A DNA stretch of 64,000 nucleotides from Caulobacteraceae bacterium (lineage in GTDB: Bacteria; Pseudomonadota; Alphaproteobacteria; Caulobacterales; Caulobacteraceae): NCBI GenBank assembly GCA_028290905.1, contig JAQGIW010000170.1, forward strand, positions 17,091 through 81,090, given 5' to 3'. The notes under the pieces are model-generated. The model did not search any database. It had not been told where the DNA came from and was given only the letters and a program-made list of their open reading frames with translations. This document shows, piece by piece, positions 10,175-18,352 of this stretch. The translations under genes and the position numbers were made by a program. Position 1 is the first letter of the stretch. Every line of letters begins with the position of its first letter.

Positions 10175-10201
10175 TTAATTCCAGTCACTGGCATTTCATG
10201 C

Positions 10202-11203
10202 TCACCCCAACTTGACCAGCATCTTCCCGATGTTCTCACCTGTGAACAGCTTCAGGAACGCGGCCGGCGCGTTCTCGATGCCCTGCTCGATAGTTTCGCG
10301 CCACGTCACCTTACCTTCGGCGATCCACTTCGACATGTCGGCGATGAAGGCCGGGGCCATGTCGCTGTGGGCGGCTTGGACGAAGCCCTGCAGGCGCAGC
10401 TGCTTGCCCACCACCTTGATCAGGTCGCCGGTGCCGGGACCCCTGCCGGGGGCGTTGTACTGCGAGATCATGCCGCAAAGGGCGAAGCGGGCCAGCGGGC
10501 GGGCGGCCGTGAGGGCGGCTTCCAGGTGGTCGCCGCCGACGTTGTCGAAATAGACGTCGATGCCGCCGGGGGCCGCGCGCAGCACCGCTGCGGCGAGGTT
10601 GGCTTCGGTCTTGTAGTCGATTGCGTGATCGACGCCGATCTCCTTCAGATAGGCGATCTTCCCGGGGCCGCCGGCCGAGCCGATCACCGTGTGGCCTTTG
10701 AGTTTGGCGATCTGGCACACCACCTGGCCCACCGCCCCGGCCGCCGCCGAGACGAACACGACGTCGCCGTCCTTGAGCGCCGCGATCCTCAGGAGGCCGA
10801 TATAGGCGGTCATCCCGGGCATGCCGGCCACGCCCAGGAAGGCCTGGGGCGGCAGGCCGCGGGTATCCAGCTTGCGGGCCATGGCGGCCGGCGCATTGAA
10901 TGCCTCGCGCCAGCCGAAGGCGCTCTGCACCAGGTCGCCGGGCTTCAGAGCCGGATCGTTGGAGACCAGGACCTCGCCGATGGCGCCGCCCTGCAGGGCC
11001 TCGCCGATCTGGAACGGGAGGTGGTAACTGCTCACCTTGTACATCTGCGCGCGCATATAGGGGTCCACCGTCATCCACAGGTTCCTGACCTGCACCTCTC
11101 CCGGGCCGGGATCGGGCAGGATGACGGTGGCGACCTCGAAATTGTCGACGCTCGGCATGCCCGCCGGGCGGCTCTTGAGATGGATTTCGCGCGAGGTGGT
11201 CAT
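10202..11203 (-). CDS. NADP-dependent oxidoreductase (medium-chain, alkenal/one reductase type)
   Basis: MTTSREIHLKSRPAGMPSVDNFE N-terminus and an AAGAVGQVVCQIAK Rossmann motif. The start was chosen at the ATG matching family N-termini. Confidence 0.85.
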   Translation of the reverse strand: MTTSREIHLKSRPAGMPSVDNFEVATVILPDPGPGEVQVRNLWMTVDPYMRAQMYKVSSYHLPFQIGEALQGGAIGEVLVSNDPALKPGDLVQSAFGWREAFNAPAAMARKLDTRGLPPQAFLGVAGMPGMTAYIGLLRIAALKDGDVVFVSAAAGAVGQVVCQIAKLKGHTVIGSAGGPGKIAYLKEIGVDHAIDYKTEANLAAAVLRAAPGGIDVYFDNVGGDHLEAALTAARPLARFALCGMISQYNAPGRGPGTGDLIKVVGKQLRLQGFVQAAHSDMAPAFIADMSKWIAEGKVTWRETIEQGIENAPAAFLKLFTGENIGKMLVKLG

Positions 11204-11310
11204 GACTTGGGCTCCGAGTTGCGAGGAAGGGTCGTCGGCTTGCGGTGGATCCCGAGGTAGAGATCGTCGAGGGCATTCGTTAGCACGGTCGTCGTAAATC
11301 GCCATTAAAT

Positions 11311-11359
11311 GGATTAATCAATTGACTAGCATCAAATGGATCGCTTGGCCAGAGCGCCG
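11311..11359 (+). repeat. second intergenic motif family, copy 2 (contains palindrome GATTAATC)
   Basis: 41/49 identical to 16354-16403. Lies in the divergent region between the oxidoreductase (-) and the esterase (+). Confidence 0.45.
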
Positions 11360-11504
11360 CAGCGCACTGCGGGGTGAAGGCGCGCGCCGGCCTCCAATAA
11401 ACGCCATTTACTTGCATTAGCATGTTAATGGTGCTATAGGCGGCGATCCCGCATCACGGCGCCGCCGCGCATCCCGCGCCCCCCGCCTCAGGACCGCCGC
11501 CCAG

Positions 11505-12536
11505 ATGACCTCCAAGCTCATCCGCGACCCCCGCATCGACCCCCGGATCAAGGCCATGTTCGCGGGGCCCGACCCGCCGCCGGCGGGCGACATCGCGAGC
11601 CGCGAGGCCCTGCTGGCCGAAGCCAACAGCCCGCAGGCGCTCGCCGCCCGAGCCATGGCGGACAGCTTCCAGGACCCCTGCGACACCGAGGCCAACGCCC
11701 CCTCCGCTGGCCTCTCCATCCGCACGGACCGCTTCATCTCGGCGCCCGACGGCAACGAGATCCAGGTCTCGATCACCCGCCCCGACACGCCCGAGCGCGT
11801 GGCCTGCGTCGTCTACTTCCACGGCGGCGGCATGCAGATTCAGTCGTGCTTCAACGGCGTACACAAAGCCTGGGGCCGGATCATCGCCGCCCAGGGCGTG
11901 GCCGTCGTCATGGTCGACTTCCGCAATTGTCTCACGCCCTCCTCGGCGCCGGACGTCTTGCCCTTCCCGGCGGGTCTCAACGATTGCGTCAGTGGCGTGA
12001 AGTGGACCCACGCCAACGCAGATGCGCTGAACATCGACCCTGCCCGCATCGTAGTGGCCGGCGGGAGCGGGGGCGCCAACCTCACCCTGGCCACAGGCCT
12101 CAAGCTCCTGCGCGATGGCGAGATCGGCCTCATCCGGGGCCTCTACGCCTCCGCCCCTTACATCGCCGGCCGGTGGCCGCACCCTGACAGCCCCTCGTCC
12201 GTCGAGGACAACGGCATCCTCCTCGATCTGCACAACAACCGCGGCGCCGTGGCCTACGGCCTCGACGCCTACGAGCGCCGCGATCCTCTGGCCTGGCCGA
12301 GCTTCGCCACCGAGGCCGACGTCAAGGGCCTCCCGCCCACCATCATCAACGTCAACGAGTGCGACCCCCTGCGCGACGAGGGCGTGAACTTCTACCGCCT
12401 CCTGCTCCGCGCCGGCGTGCCCGCCCGCTGCCGCCAGTTGATGGGGACCACCCACTCCGTGGAGGTCCTCTCAGTGGCCTGCCCGGACATCAGCCGGGAC
12501 GCGGCCGCGGACCTGGCGCAGTTTGCACGAGGGTAG
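11505..12536 (+). CDS. alpha/beta-hydrolase, HSL-type esterase/lipase
   Basis: HGGG oxyanion motif (VVYFHGGGMQ), nucleophile elbow GGSGG, 343 aa. Confidence 0.85.
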   Translation: MTSKLIRDPRIDPRIKAMFAGPDPPPAGDIASREALLAEANSPQALAARAMADSFQDPCDTEANAPSAGLSIRTDRFISAPDGNEIQVSITRPDTPERVACVVYFHGGGMQIQSCFNGVHKAWGRIIAAQGVAVVMVDFRNCLTPSSAPDVLPFPAGLNDCVSGVKWTHANADALNIDPARIVVAGGSGGANLTLATGLKLLRDGEIGLIRGLYASAPYIAGRWPHPDSPSSVEDNGILLDLHNNRGAVAYGLDAYERRDPLAWPSFATEADVKGLPPTIINVNECDPLRDEGVNFYRLLLRAGVPARCRQLMGTTHSVEVLSVACPDISRDAAADLAQFARG

Positions 12537-12662
12537 GGGAGGCGGCATGCTAGGCCGCGCCCTTGCCGAGCAGGAGGTCGGCGTCTGCTTCGTCAGACCT
12601 GCCCACAGACCAGGGCGGTAGCTTCCTCATTCAACATTACATGGAAGCGGGATAGCTCAGTC

Positions 12663-13370
12663 ATGAATAAAGTCCGCATCGTCATCGCCGGGGGCGGCGC
12701 CGCGGGCCACAAGCTGGCTTACGCACTCCAGCAAGAGGCCGAGGTCACTCTGATCGACCCCAAGCCATTCTATGAAATGCCATTGGCGGCGCCGAGGCTG
12801 TTCGTGGCTCCGCGCGAGCTGCCCGCGATCATGCCCTACGCCGAATTCCTGCCGAAGGTCCACTTCATCGAAGGGACATTGGAGTCGGTTGCCTCTGGAC
12901 AGGTCACCGCGCGCGAGACTAACGACAAGGGCTCCCGGATCGCCTACGACCTGGCGCTATGGTGCCTGGGCACGAAGCCGGACGCTCAGTACATGAAGGC
13001 GAACTATCCTGAGACGCTCAACGATCGCGGCGAGATCCAGGTTGAGTCGACGCTGCGGGTCAAGGGCCTGGCCAATGTCTTCGCACTTGGTGACGTCGCC
13101 GATTTCAAGGAGAAGGGCGCGGCTTGGGCGGGGTTTCAGGGCCGTATTGTCGCGGCGAATTTGCGCGCCTTGATGAAGCAAGGTCCCGGCGCGGCGTTGA
13201 ACAAATACAAGCTCCCAATGGCTGACACCTCCATAGTGCTGACACTGGGCCGGTATAACGGCGTCGCGCAACTGCCCTTTGTCGTGACCACCTGGCCTTG
13301 GCTGCTCCGCAAACTCAAGTCGCAGACGATGGGTGTGCCTTCCGCCCGCAAGGCCATCGGACTTAGCTGA
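12663..13370 (+). CDS. FAD-dependent oxidoreductase, AIF/NDH-2-like but unusually short
   Basis: N-terminal IVIAGGGAAG and C-terminal FALGDVA FAD motifs. At 235 aa there is no second (NAD(P)H) Rossmann segment. Confidence 0.6.
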   Translation: MNKVRIVIAGGGAAGHKLAYALQQEAEVTLIDPKPFYEMPLAAPRLFVAPRELPAIMPYAEFLPKVHFIEGTLESVASGQVTARETNDKGSRIAYDLALWCLGTKPDAQYMKANYPETLNDRGEIQVESTLRVKGLANVFALGDVADFKEKGAAWAGFQGRIVAANLRALMKQGPGAALNKYKLPMADTSIVLTLGRYNGVAQLPFVVTTWPWLLRKLKSQTMGVPSARKAIGLS

Positions 13371-13389
13371 ACGGCGTGAATAAGACGGG

Positions 13390-14235
13390 CTAGTTTGGAT
13401 CGAAGCTGGTGTCGTCGGCTATGGCTTTGCAGGCGTCCATGTTCGCCGCCACGGCCTCCAGGCGCATCTTGATGACATCCGTGATGCCAATGCCAATCGG
13501 TAGACGCAGCGGTGCGGCGTCGTCGTAGACCTGCTGGATAATCTTTTGCGCTGCTTTTTTGGGGTCGCCCGGTTCATTCCCGACCATCTCGGCCACCCGG
13601 CTCTTCACCAGCTCAGCGAAGGCGGCGTAGGCCGGTAGCGGATCAGCCGGATAGCGTATTGACCCCATGATCGCGGTCCGGAACGGGCCCGGCTCAACAA
13701 TCAGCACGCGAACCCCATGCGCCTTAAGCTCGCCCTCCATGCCTTCGTAGATCATCTCCACGGCCGACTTGGTGGCCGAATAGTGCGCCCCTCCGGCAGA
13801 TGGAATCTGCCCAGCGACGGACGACACGACCGCGATCACGCCAGCCTTACGCTCGCGCATCTGCGCCACGACCGCCCGGGTCATGTTGAGCACTCCAAAC
13901 AGATTGGTCTCGTAGAGCGGCCGGTATTCCTCGGGCGTCACCTCCTCGATCGCCCCGGCCGCGCCGACACCGGCGTTGTTGATCAGGACGTCGATGCCGC
14001 CGAACGCATCGTTTGCCGCGGCCACCGCGGCGTCCACGTCCGCCAGGTTGGTGACGTCGAGCTTCGCCACCCGCGCCGTCTCCGGATACTGGGCGGCAAG
14101 ATCGTTCAGCACCTCCGGCGAACGGGCGGTCAACAGCACTTTGTCGCCGCGGGCGAGCACCGCCTCGCCCAGGGATCGGCCAAAGCCCGTGGAGCAGCCA
14201 GTGATTAGCCAGCGACGGCCGTTTGCTTGCGACAT
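13390..14235 (-). CDS. short-chain dehydrogenase/reductase (SDR)
   Basis: WLITGCSTGFGR motif, NNAG, and a YSATK catalytic Tyr-Lys. ATG 14235 follows GGAG. Confidence 0.85.
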   Translation of the reverse strand: MSQANGRRWLITGCSTGFGRSLGEAVLARGDKVLLTARSPEVLNDLAAQYPETARVAKLDVTNLADVDAAVAAANDAFGGIDVLINNAGVGAAGAIEEVTPEEYRPLYETNLFGVLNMTRAVVAQMRERKAGVIAVVSSVAGQIPSAGGAHYSATKSAVEMIYEGMEGELKAHGVRVLIVEPGPFRTAIMGSIRYPADPLPAYAAFAELVKSRVAEMVGNEPGDPKKAAQKIIQQVYDDAAPLRLPIGIGITDVIKMRLEAVAANMDACKAIADDTSFDPN

Positions 14236-14295
14236 AGAAATCTCCGCCATTATCGAGTGGTTGCTTAGCTCTACAGTTACCGACGGCATTGTCGG

Positions 14296-14530
14296 CCCAA
14301 GTTAGCCGCGCGTTCTCGATGCCTTCCTCGATAGTCTCGCGCCACTACCTTGCTCTCGGCGATCCACTTCGACATGTCGGCGAATTAAGGCCGGGGCCAT
14401 CTCGCTGTGAGCGGCTTGGACGAAGCCTTGCAGGCGCAGCTTCCCACAACCTTGATCAGGTCGCGGATGCGGCGACCCCTGCCGGGGGCGTTGTATGGCC
14501 ACGGCTTGAACTCCGAGTCGCCGCGGGTTC
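14296..14530 (-). pseudogene. degenerate remnant of the NADP-dependent oxidoreductase gene (copy of 10202-11203)
   Basis: Aligns with 10202-10460, with indels and a roughly 50-nt deletion. It then jumps to sequence resembling the parent's 5' end (CTTGAACTCCGAGT versus ACTTGGGCTCCGAGT). No intact frame remains. Confidence 0.75.
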
Positions 14531-14563
14531 AAACAGTTGTGTGGCGCGGGTGGTGACCAGAAC

Positions 14564-15154
14564 TCAAGCTGCCTCGGCGACCTCGTCGCCGGAACGGCCT
14601 TCCTTGAGCGTGTTGGCCCACCAGACGATCTCGTCCAGCATCCGCTTGGCGAAGTCATCGAGGTAGGGATAGTCCGCCATGGACTTGCCCTCGCGCAGCA
14701 TGCCGAGCATCTCGACCATGCCGATATGAACACTGTGCTTGAGCGAAGCCGTGGCGAGGATTTGCGCCAGCTGCCCGACGGCGCGGGCTGCGCCGGTGCC
14801 GCCATAGCCGAGGAAGGCCGCCGGCTTGCGTTGGATCTCTGAGAAGAGATAGTCGAGGGCGTTCTTCAGCACGGCCGGGATGCCGTGATTGTATTCCGCC
14901 GTAACGAAGATGTAGCCGTCGAGGCTGGCGATCTTCTTGCCCCAGCGCTGTGCCACCTCGTTCTGCGCCGGCGCAGCGTGTAGCGGCGCCTTTTCCTCGA
15001 AAAACGGCATGGGATAGTCGCGCAGATCGACAATCTCGAAATCGGCGTCATGGCGCTCATTGGCGATATTGAACAGCCAGTTGGCCGGGATATCCGCGAA
15101 CCGCCCAGGACGGGTCGTGCTCATGATGATTCCAATTTTGGGTCGCTCTAGCAT
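14564..15154 (-). CDS. NAD(P)H-dependent FMN reductase family protein
   Basis: KIGIIMSTTRPGRF N-terminus, 196 aa, RBS AGGAAA upstream. Confidence 0.8.
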   Translation of the reverse strand: MLERPKIGIIMSTTRPGRFADIPANWLFNIANERHDADFEIVDLRDYPMPFFEEKAPLHAAPAQNEVAQRWGKKIASLDGYIFVTAEYNHGIPAVLKNALDYLFSEIQRKPAAFLGYGGTGAARAVGQLAQILATASLKHSVHIGMVEMLGMLREGKSMADYPYLDDFAKRMLDEIVWWANTLKEGRSGDEVAEAA

Positions 15155-15299
15155 AGCTGTTTCCTAAACACTTGCCTGGCGCTCGGCGAGCCACCTCGGC
15201 TCGACTGGGCGGCATTCTCAATCCGTCACTCAAGTTCCGCGCCTCTTCGGGGCCTTCGCTTGGACCCGGCTCTCGTTAGGCTTGCAGAGAAGCTCACCG

Positions 15300-15418
15300 A
15301 GGTCTTTGAGGGAAATCTACGAATGGCGACACCTCGTCGAGAACTTCCTTCCATAAACTCAAGGAGTTCAAACGCATCGCCATGCGAAGCGACAAAGCCG
15401 GTCAGAGCTTCTCAGTCA
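15300..15418 (+). mobile_element. IS5-family transposase C-terminal remnant (frameshifted)
   Basis: Translates to EIYEWRHLVENFLP*, then in the +1 frame KLKEFKRIAMRSDKAGQSF. This is the conserved ...R.LVE.FF.KLK.FR.IATRYDK tail of IS5-family transposases. Confidence 0.6.
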
Positions 15419-16314
15419 TGACCAGGCGTCTGAGCCATGACCAGGCGCCCTTCCGCGATCAGCCGCGTTTTGGTTTCCGCAATGTGCGCTTTCCCCTTTT
15501 CCAAGGCTTCGGGGGAGGTGTGCACAGATTCGCCGTAGATCGACAGGGGGTAGGGATGCTTCACCGCCGAACCGACCACGAACTCCACATCGCTCACCGC
15601 CTCGAACTCGATCGCCTGGTTCGACGGCTCGAAGGCCACCAGCTCGTGCTTCTCGACCAGCTCGGGGACCCGGACGCTGCCGAACTTCGTCGCCATCCAA
15701 GCTACGGTGTGCGCCGCCGGAGGCTCGTATCGCCACCGCTGGCCGGCTTTGAGGCTGGCCGCGAGATAAGTCATGTCCGATGGTGGGGTGAGCGGGCTGC
15801 TCACGCCCTTGTAGGTCCCGAGCAGGACCGTGACCGGACCGACCCTGGGCACCTGTTCCTTGTGAAGGTGGATGCTTTTCGCCTCGCCTGTCTCCTGCTC
15901 GGGCGGCAGCGCTATCCAGAGCTGGAAGAGCTGGCACCCCTGCTCTCCGACCGCGCCCGCGTGAAAAGCACCCAGGGAGGCGTGCAGCCACTCGACGTCG
16001 CCTTCCCTCAAGACGCCGCCCGCCCCGGAACTGTCCTCGTACTTCATTTCGCCATCCGTGATGAAGGTCAGCGTCGCCATGCCGGAATGGGGATGGAGGC
16101 CGAAAGATTTGAATTCGGCGTGATCCATGTCGAAGGCGTCCAGAAGGACGAACGGCTTCAACATTTCGGCTAATTCGGAAGGGGCGAAGGGGGGTTCGAA
16201 CGTAGCGGACATCTGCATCAGGAGCGCCGATTTGACGCGGCCGATGCTGTGGCCTCGAGTGCGCAGGGCGATCTTGCGAACGGGCGCGTCGGCTGTGGCT
16301 GTGGCTGCGGACAT
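15412..16314 (-). CDS. pirin-family protein
   Basis: 300 aa. GLHPHSGMATLTFITDGEMKYEDSSG matches the pirin N-terminal cupin metal site. Confidence 0.85.
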   Translation of the reverse strand: MSAATATADAPVRKIALRTRGHSIGRVKSALLMQMSATFEPPFAPSELAEMLKPFVLLDAFDMDHAEFKSFGLHPHSGMATLTFITDGEMKYEDSSGAGGVLREGDVEWLHASLGAFHAGAVGEQGCQLFQLWIALPPEQETGEAKSIHLHKEQVPRVGPVTVLLGTYKGVSSPLTPPSDMTYLAASLKAGQRWRYEPPAAHTVAWMATKFGSVRVPELVEKHELVAFEPSNQAIEFEAVSDVEFVVGSAVKHPYPLSIYGESVHTSPEALEKGKAHIAETKTRLIAEGRLVMAQTPGHD

Positions 16315-16353
16315 AATGTCTCCCTTTATGGCTGCGGTGAATTACCACCAAAT

Positions 16354-16403
16354 TGATTAATCCACTGACTAGCACCAAATGACTCGCTTGTCCAGAGCCC
16401 CGG
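16354..16403 (+). repeat. second intergenic motif family, copy 3 (contains palindrome GATTAATC)
   Basis: TGATTAATCCACTGACTAGCACCAAATGACTCGCTTGTCCAGAGCCCCG. Lies 40 nt upstream of the pirin start on the opposite strand. Confidence 0.45.
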
Positions 16404-16404
16404 T

Positions 16405-16935
16405 GTGCCTCGGCGGGGAGATCGCCGACTGGCGCTGGACGGGGATGCTAGGTCGCGCGAACGGGCCCGCCGTGGTGTGATCTCCACGACCACGTCGCCC
16501 TTCCGGCGCTGGATGCTGGTGAGAATCTGGGATGTGCTGCTGGCAGACGGCGCCGGACAGTTCCGCCTCTTCGACCACGCCCTGTGCGGGTTGCACGCCG
16601 AGCGGCTGGTTCACAAGCTGACCCCCACCAACCCAGCGCATCGCAGGGCGGTGGAGCTGACCCCAGCGCTGATCTGGTGGTTCTACAAGGACCTCAAGCT
16701 CTCCATGCACGATCCCGACCTCAAGCGAGCCAGCGCCTTGCGCGCCCGCTTCGACCGGATCTTCACCCGCAAGACCGGCTACGTCCTGCTCGATCGTCTG
16801 CTCGCCCGGCTGGACCAACGAAAAACCGAACTGCCGCGCGTGTGTCCCAAGCCTGCCGCTCCTCGTCAGGCTTGCCGCAGCCTAAGCCGCACGGAAATCT
16901 GCCCCGGTTACGTCCGGCGCGCTCTAAATATTTGA
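16405..16935 (+). mobile_element. DDE transposase fragment, family uncertain (IS66-superfamily-like)
   Basis: VLLADGAGQF ... LCGLHAERLVHKL resembles the D..G/CxxHxxR block of IS66-type transposases. The N-terminal two thirds of such a protein are absent. Confidence 0.4.
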
Positions 16936-16992
16936 AGATAGACCCTTTCCAGATCAGGTGATTCCACCTGATCCTCCAAGCAGATTGGAAGA

Positions 16993-17373
16993 TCAGGCGC
17001 GATGAACCTCTGTCTCTGGTTGCGAATGAGACTCGCTTTTCAGGGGCGTGTAGCTGAGGTCTTGCCTTGGCCTGAAGTTCAGGAACTGAAGCCCCTCCGG
17101 ACCCGCGCTGAAGGTGTAGAACGCGCCGCCGGGAATAAACACTGACGAGCCAGGAGCAAGCACCTCTGTCCCGAAGCGCAGCTCACCCGTCACGACGTAC
17201 ATGATTTCGTGCTCGTCATGGGAGTGAACCACGGTTGTCTCGTTCGGGCGAAGCCGTATTTCCATAAGCTCGGGCAGATCGGCTGAGCCCTCTAAGTGAA
17301 CGTTAAATAAGATGCCCTTTTCCTTAGGCGCCCACTCCGCTTTTTGGACATCGTGGATTTCTATCCTTGTCAT
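16993..17373 (-). CDS. cupin-domain protein
   Basis: HSHDEHEIMYVVTGE ... G ... IPGG cupin motifs. ATG 17373 lies 9 nt after GGAG. Confidence 0.7.
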   Translation of the reverse strand: MTRIEIHDVQKAEWAPKEKGILFNVHLEGSADLPELMEIRLRPNETTVVHSHDEHEIMYVVTGELRFGTEVLAPGSSVFIPGGAFYTFSAGPEGLQFLNFRPRQDLSYTPLKSESHSQPETEVHRA

Positions 17374-17428
17374 TAGTTTATTCTCCAAGATCCGTTAAAC
17401 AGGAAACCCGAGGTGGAGGAAGCCGCCG

Positions 17429-18199
17429 CTATTTCAGCAGTCGCTCGACTTCCTTAAAGTATGGGATGAGGGACGCGAGCATCAGCCCGACGTTTGCCTC
17501 GAAGGTCGTCGTCGGGAGCGACCGTCGTCCGAGCCCGGCGGTCCAGCGAAACCATTGCGCGGGTCCCAGGACCGCCGCGGCCAGGAGATACGGGCGGGCG
17601 TCCTTCGCGGGATCGACGCCCATTCTTCCCGCCAGCGCCTCCTGCAACTCGAGGCGGAGGCGTTCCTCAAACTGGAGCATGTAAGCTGCGACCTCAGGCG
17701 CCTCGGTGGTGGCGACGATCTTCGCGCGAACCGTCTCCTGTTCTTCGTCGAGGCGCGTAACCAGAGCGCGCAGAGCCTCGACCGCTGTGATCAACAATGG
17801 CTCATCGTCTGCGCGAGCCGCGATCTCCTCCCGGAAATGGGAGATCGCTTCGTCGGAATCCCAGAACAGAACCGACTCCTTCGACTTGAAATGTCGGAAA
17901 AAGGTGGTGGGATCGAGGTCCGCCTCGCGGGCAATATCGACCACCGTCACGCGTTCATAGCCGTAGCGTGAGAATAGCTTGATGGCAGCCTTTTCGAGTA
18001 GAGCCCGGGTCTGCGCCTTCTTGCGCTCACGGCGTCCCGGGCCGCTGCCGTCATCGGCGCGCTCTCTAAGCTCGGGAGCGCGCTGTCCGCGCGCTGCCGG
18101 CGATTTCGCAGCTTTCGCATCTAAATCAGGGTGCGGTGGGGCCAAGGCCCCTTTATCTCGCGATGGACGCTTAGCGGGGTCGGCTTTGAACTTGGGCAT
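17429..18199 (-). CDS. TetR-family transcriptional regulator with basic N-terminal extension
   Basis: HTH region TRALLEKAAIKLFSRYGYERVTVVDIAREADLDPTTFFRHFKSKE, preceded by a roughly 55-aa Lys/Arg/Pro-rich tail. Confidence 0.85.
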   Translation of the reverse strand: MPKFKADPAKRPSRDKGALAPPHPDLDAKAAKSPAARGQRAPELRERADDGSGPGRRERKKAQTRALLEKAAIKLFSRYGYERVTVVDIAREADLDPTTFFRHFKSKESVLFWDSDEAISHFREEIAARADDEPLLITAVEALRALVTRLDEEQETVRAKIVATTEAPEVAAYMLQFEERLRLELQEALAGRMGVDPAKDARPYLLAAAVLGPAQWFRWTAGLGRRSLPTTTFEANVGLMLASLIPYFKEVERLLK

Positions 18200-18352
18200 C
18201 CGCTTGATTCTCTGGACTCGGCAAGAGACAGGGCGATTTCAATCAATCGCTTCTGCAAGTCAATAGAATCTACCATCGTAGATGCACCGATGACAGCCGA
18301 TCCGCGCAGCTCTCAAAGGCGCTCCCGAACTTGACCACCCCCAAACCGCTTT

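Noticed and set aside
12647-12662. GCGGGATAGCTCAGTC, identical in style to the first 16 nt of a tRNA (acceptor strand plus D-arm start).
   Set aside because: No D-loop continuation, anticodon arm or T-arm follows. The ATG of the flavoprotein gene starts at 12663. A 16-nt resemblance is compatible with chance.
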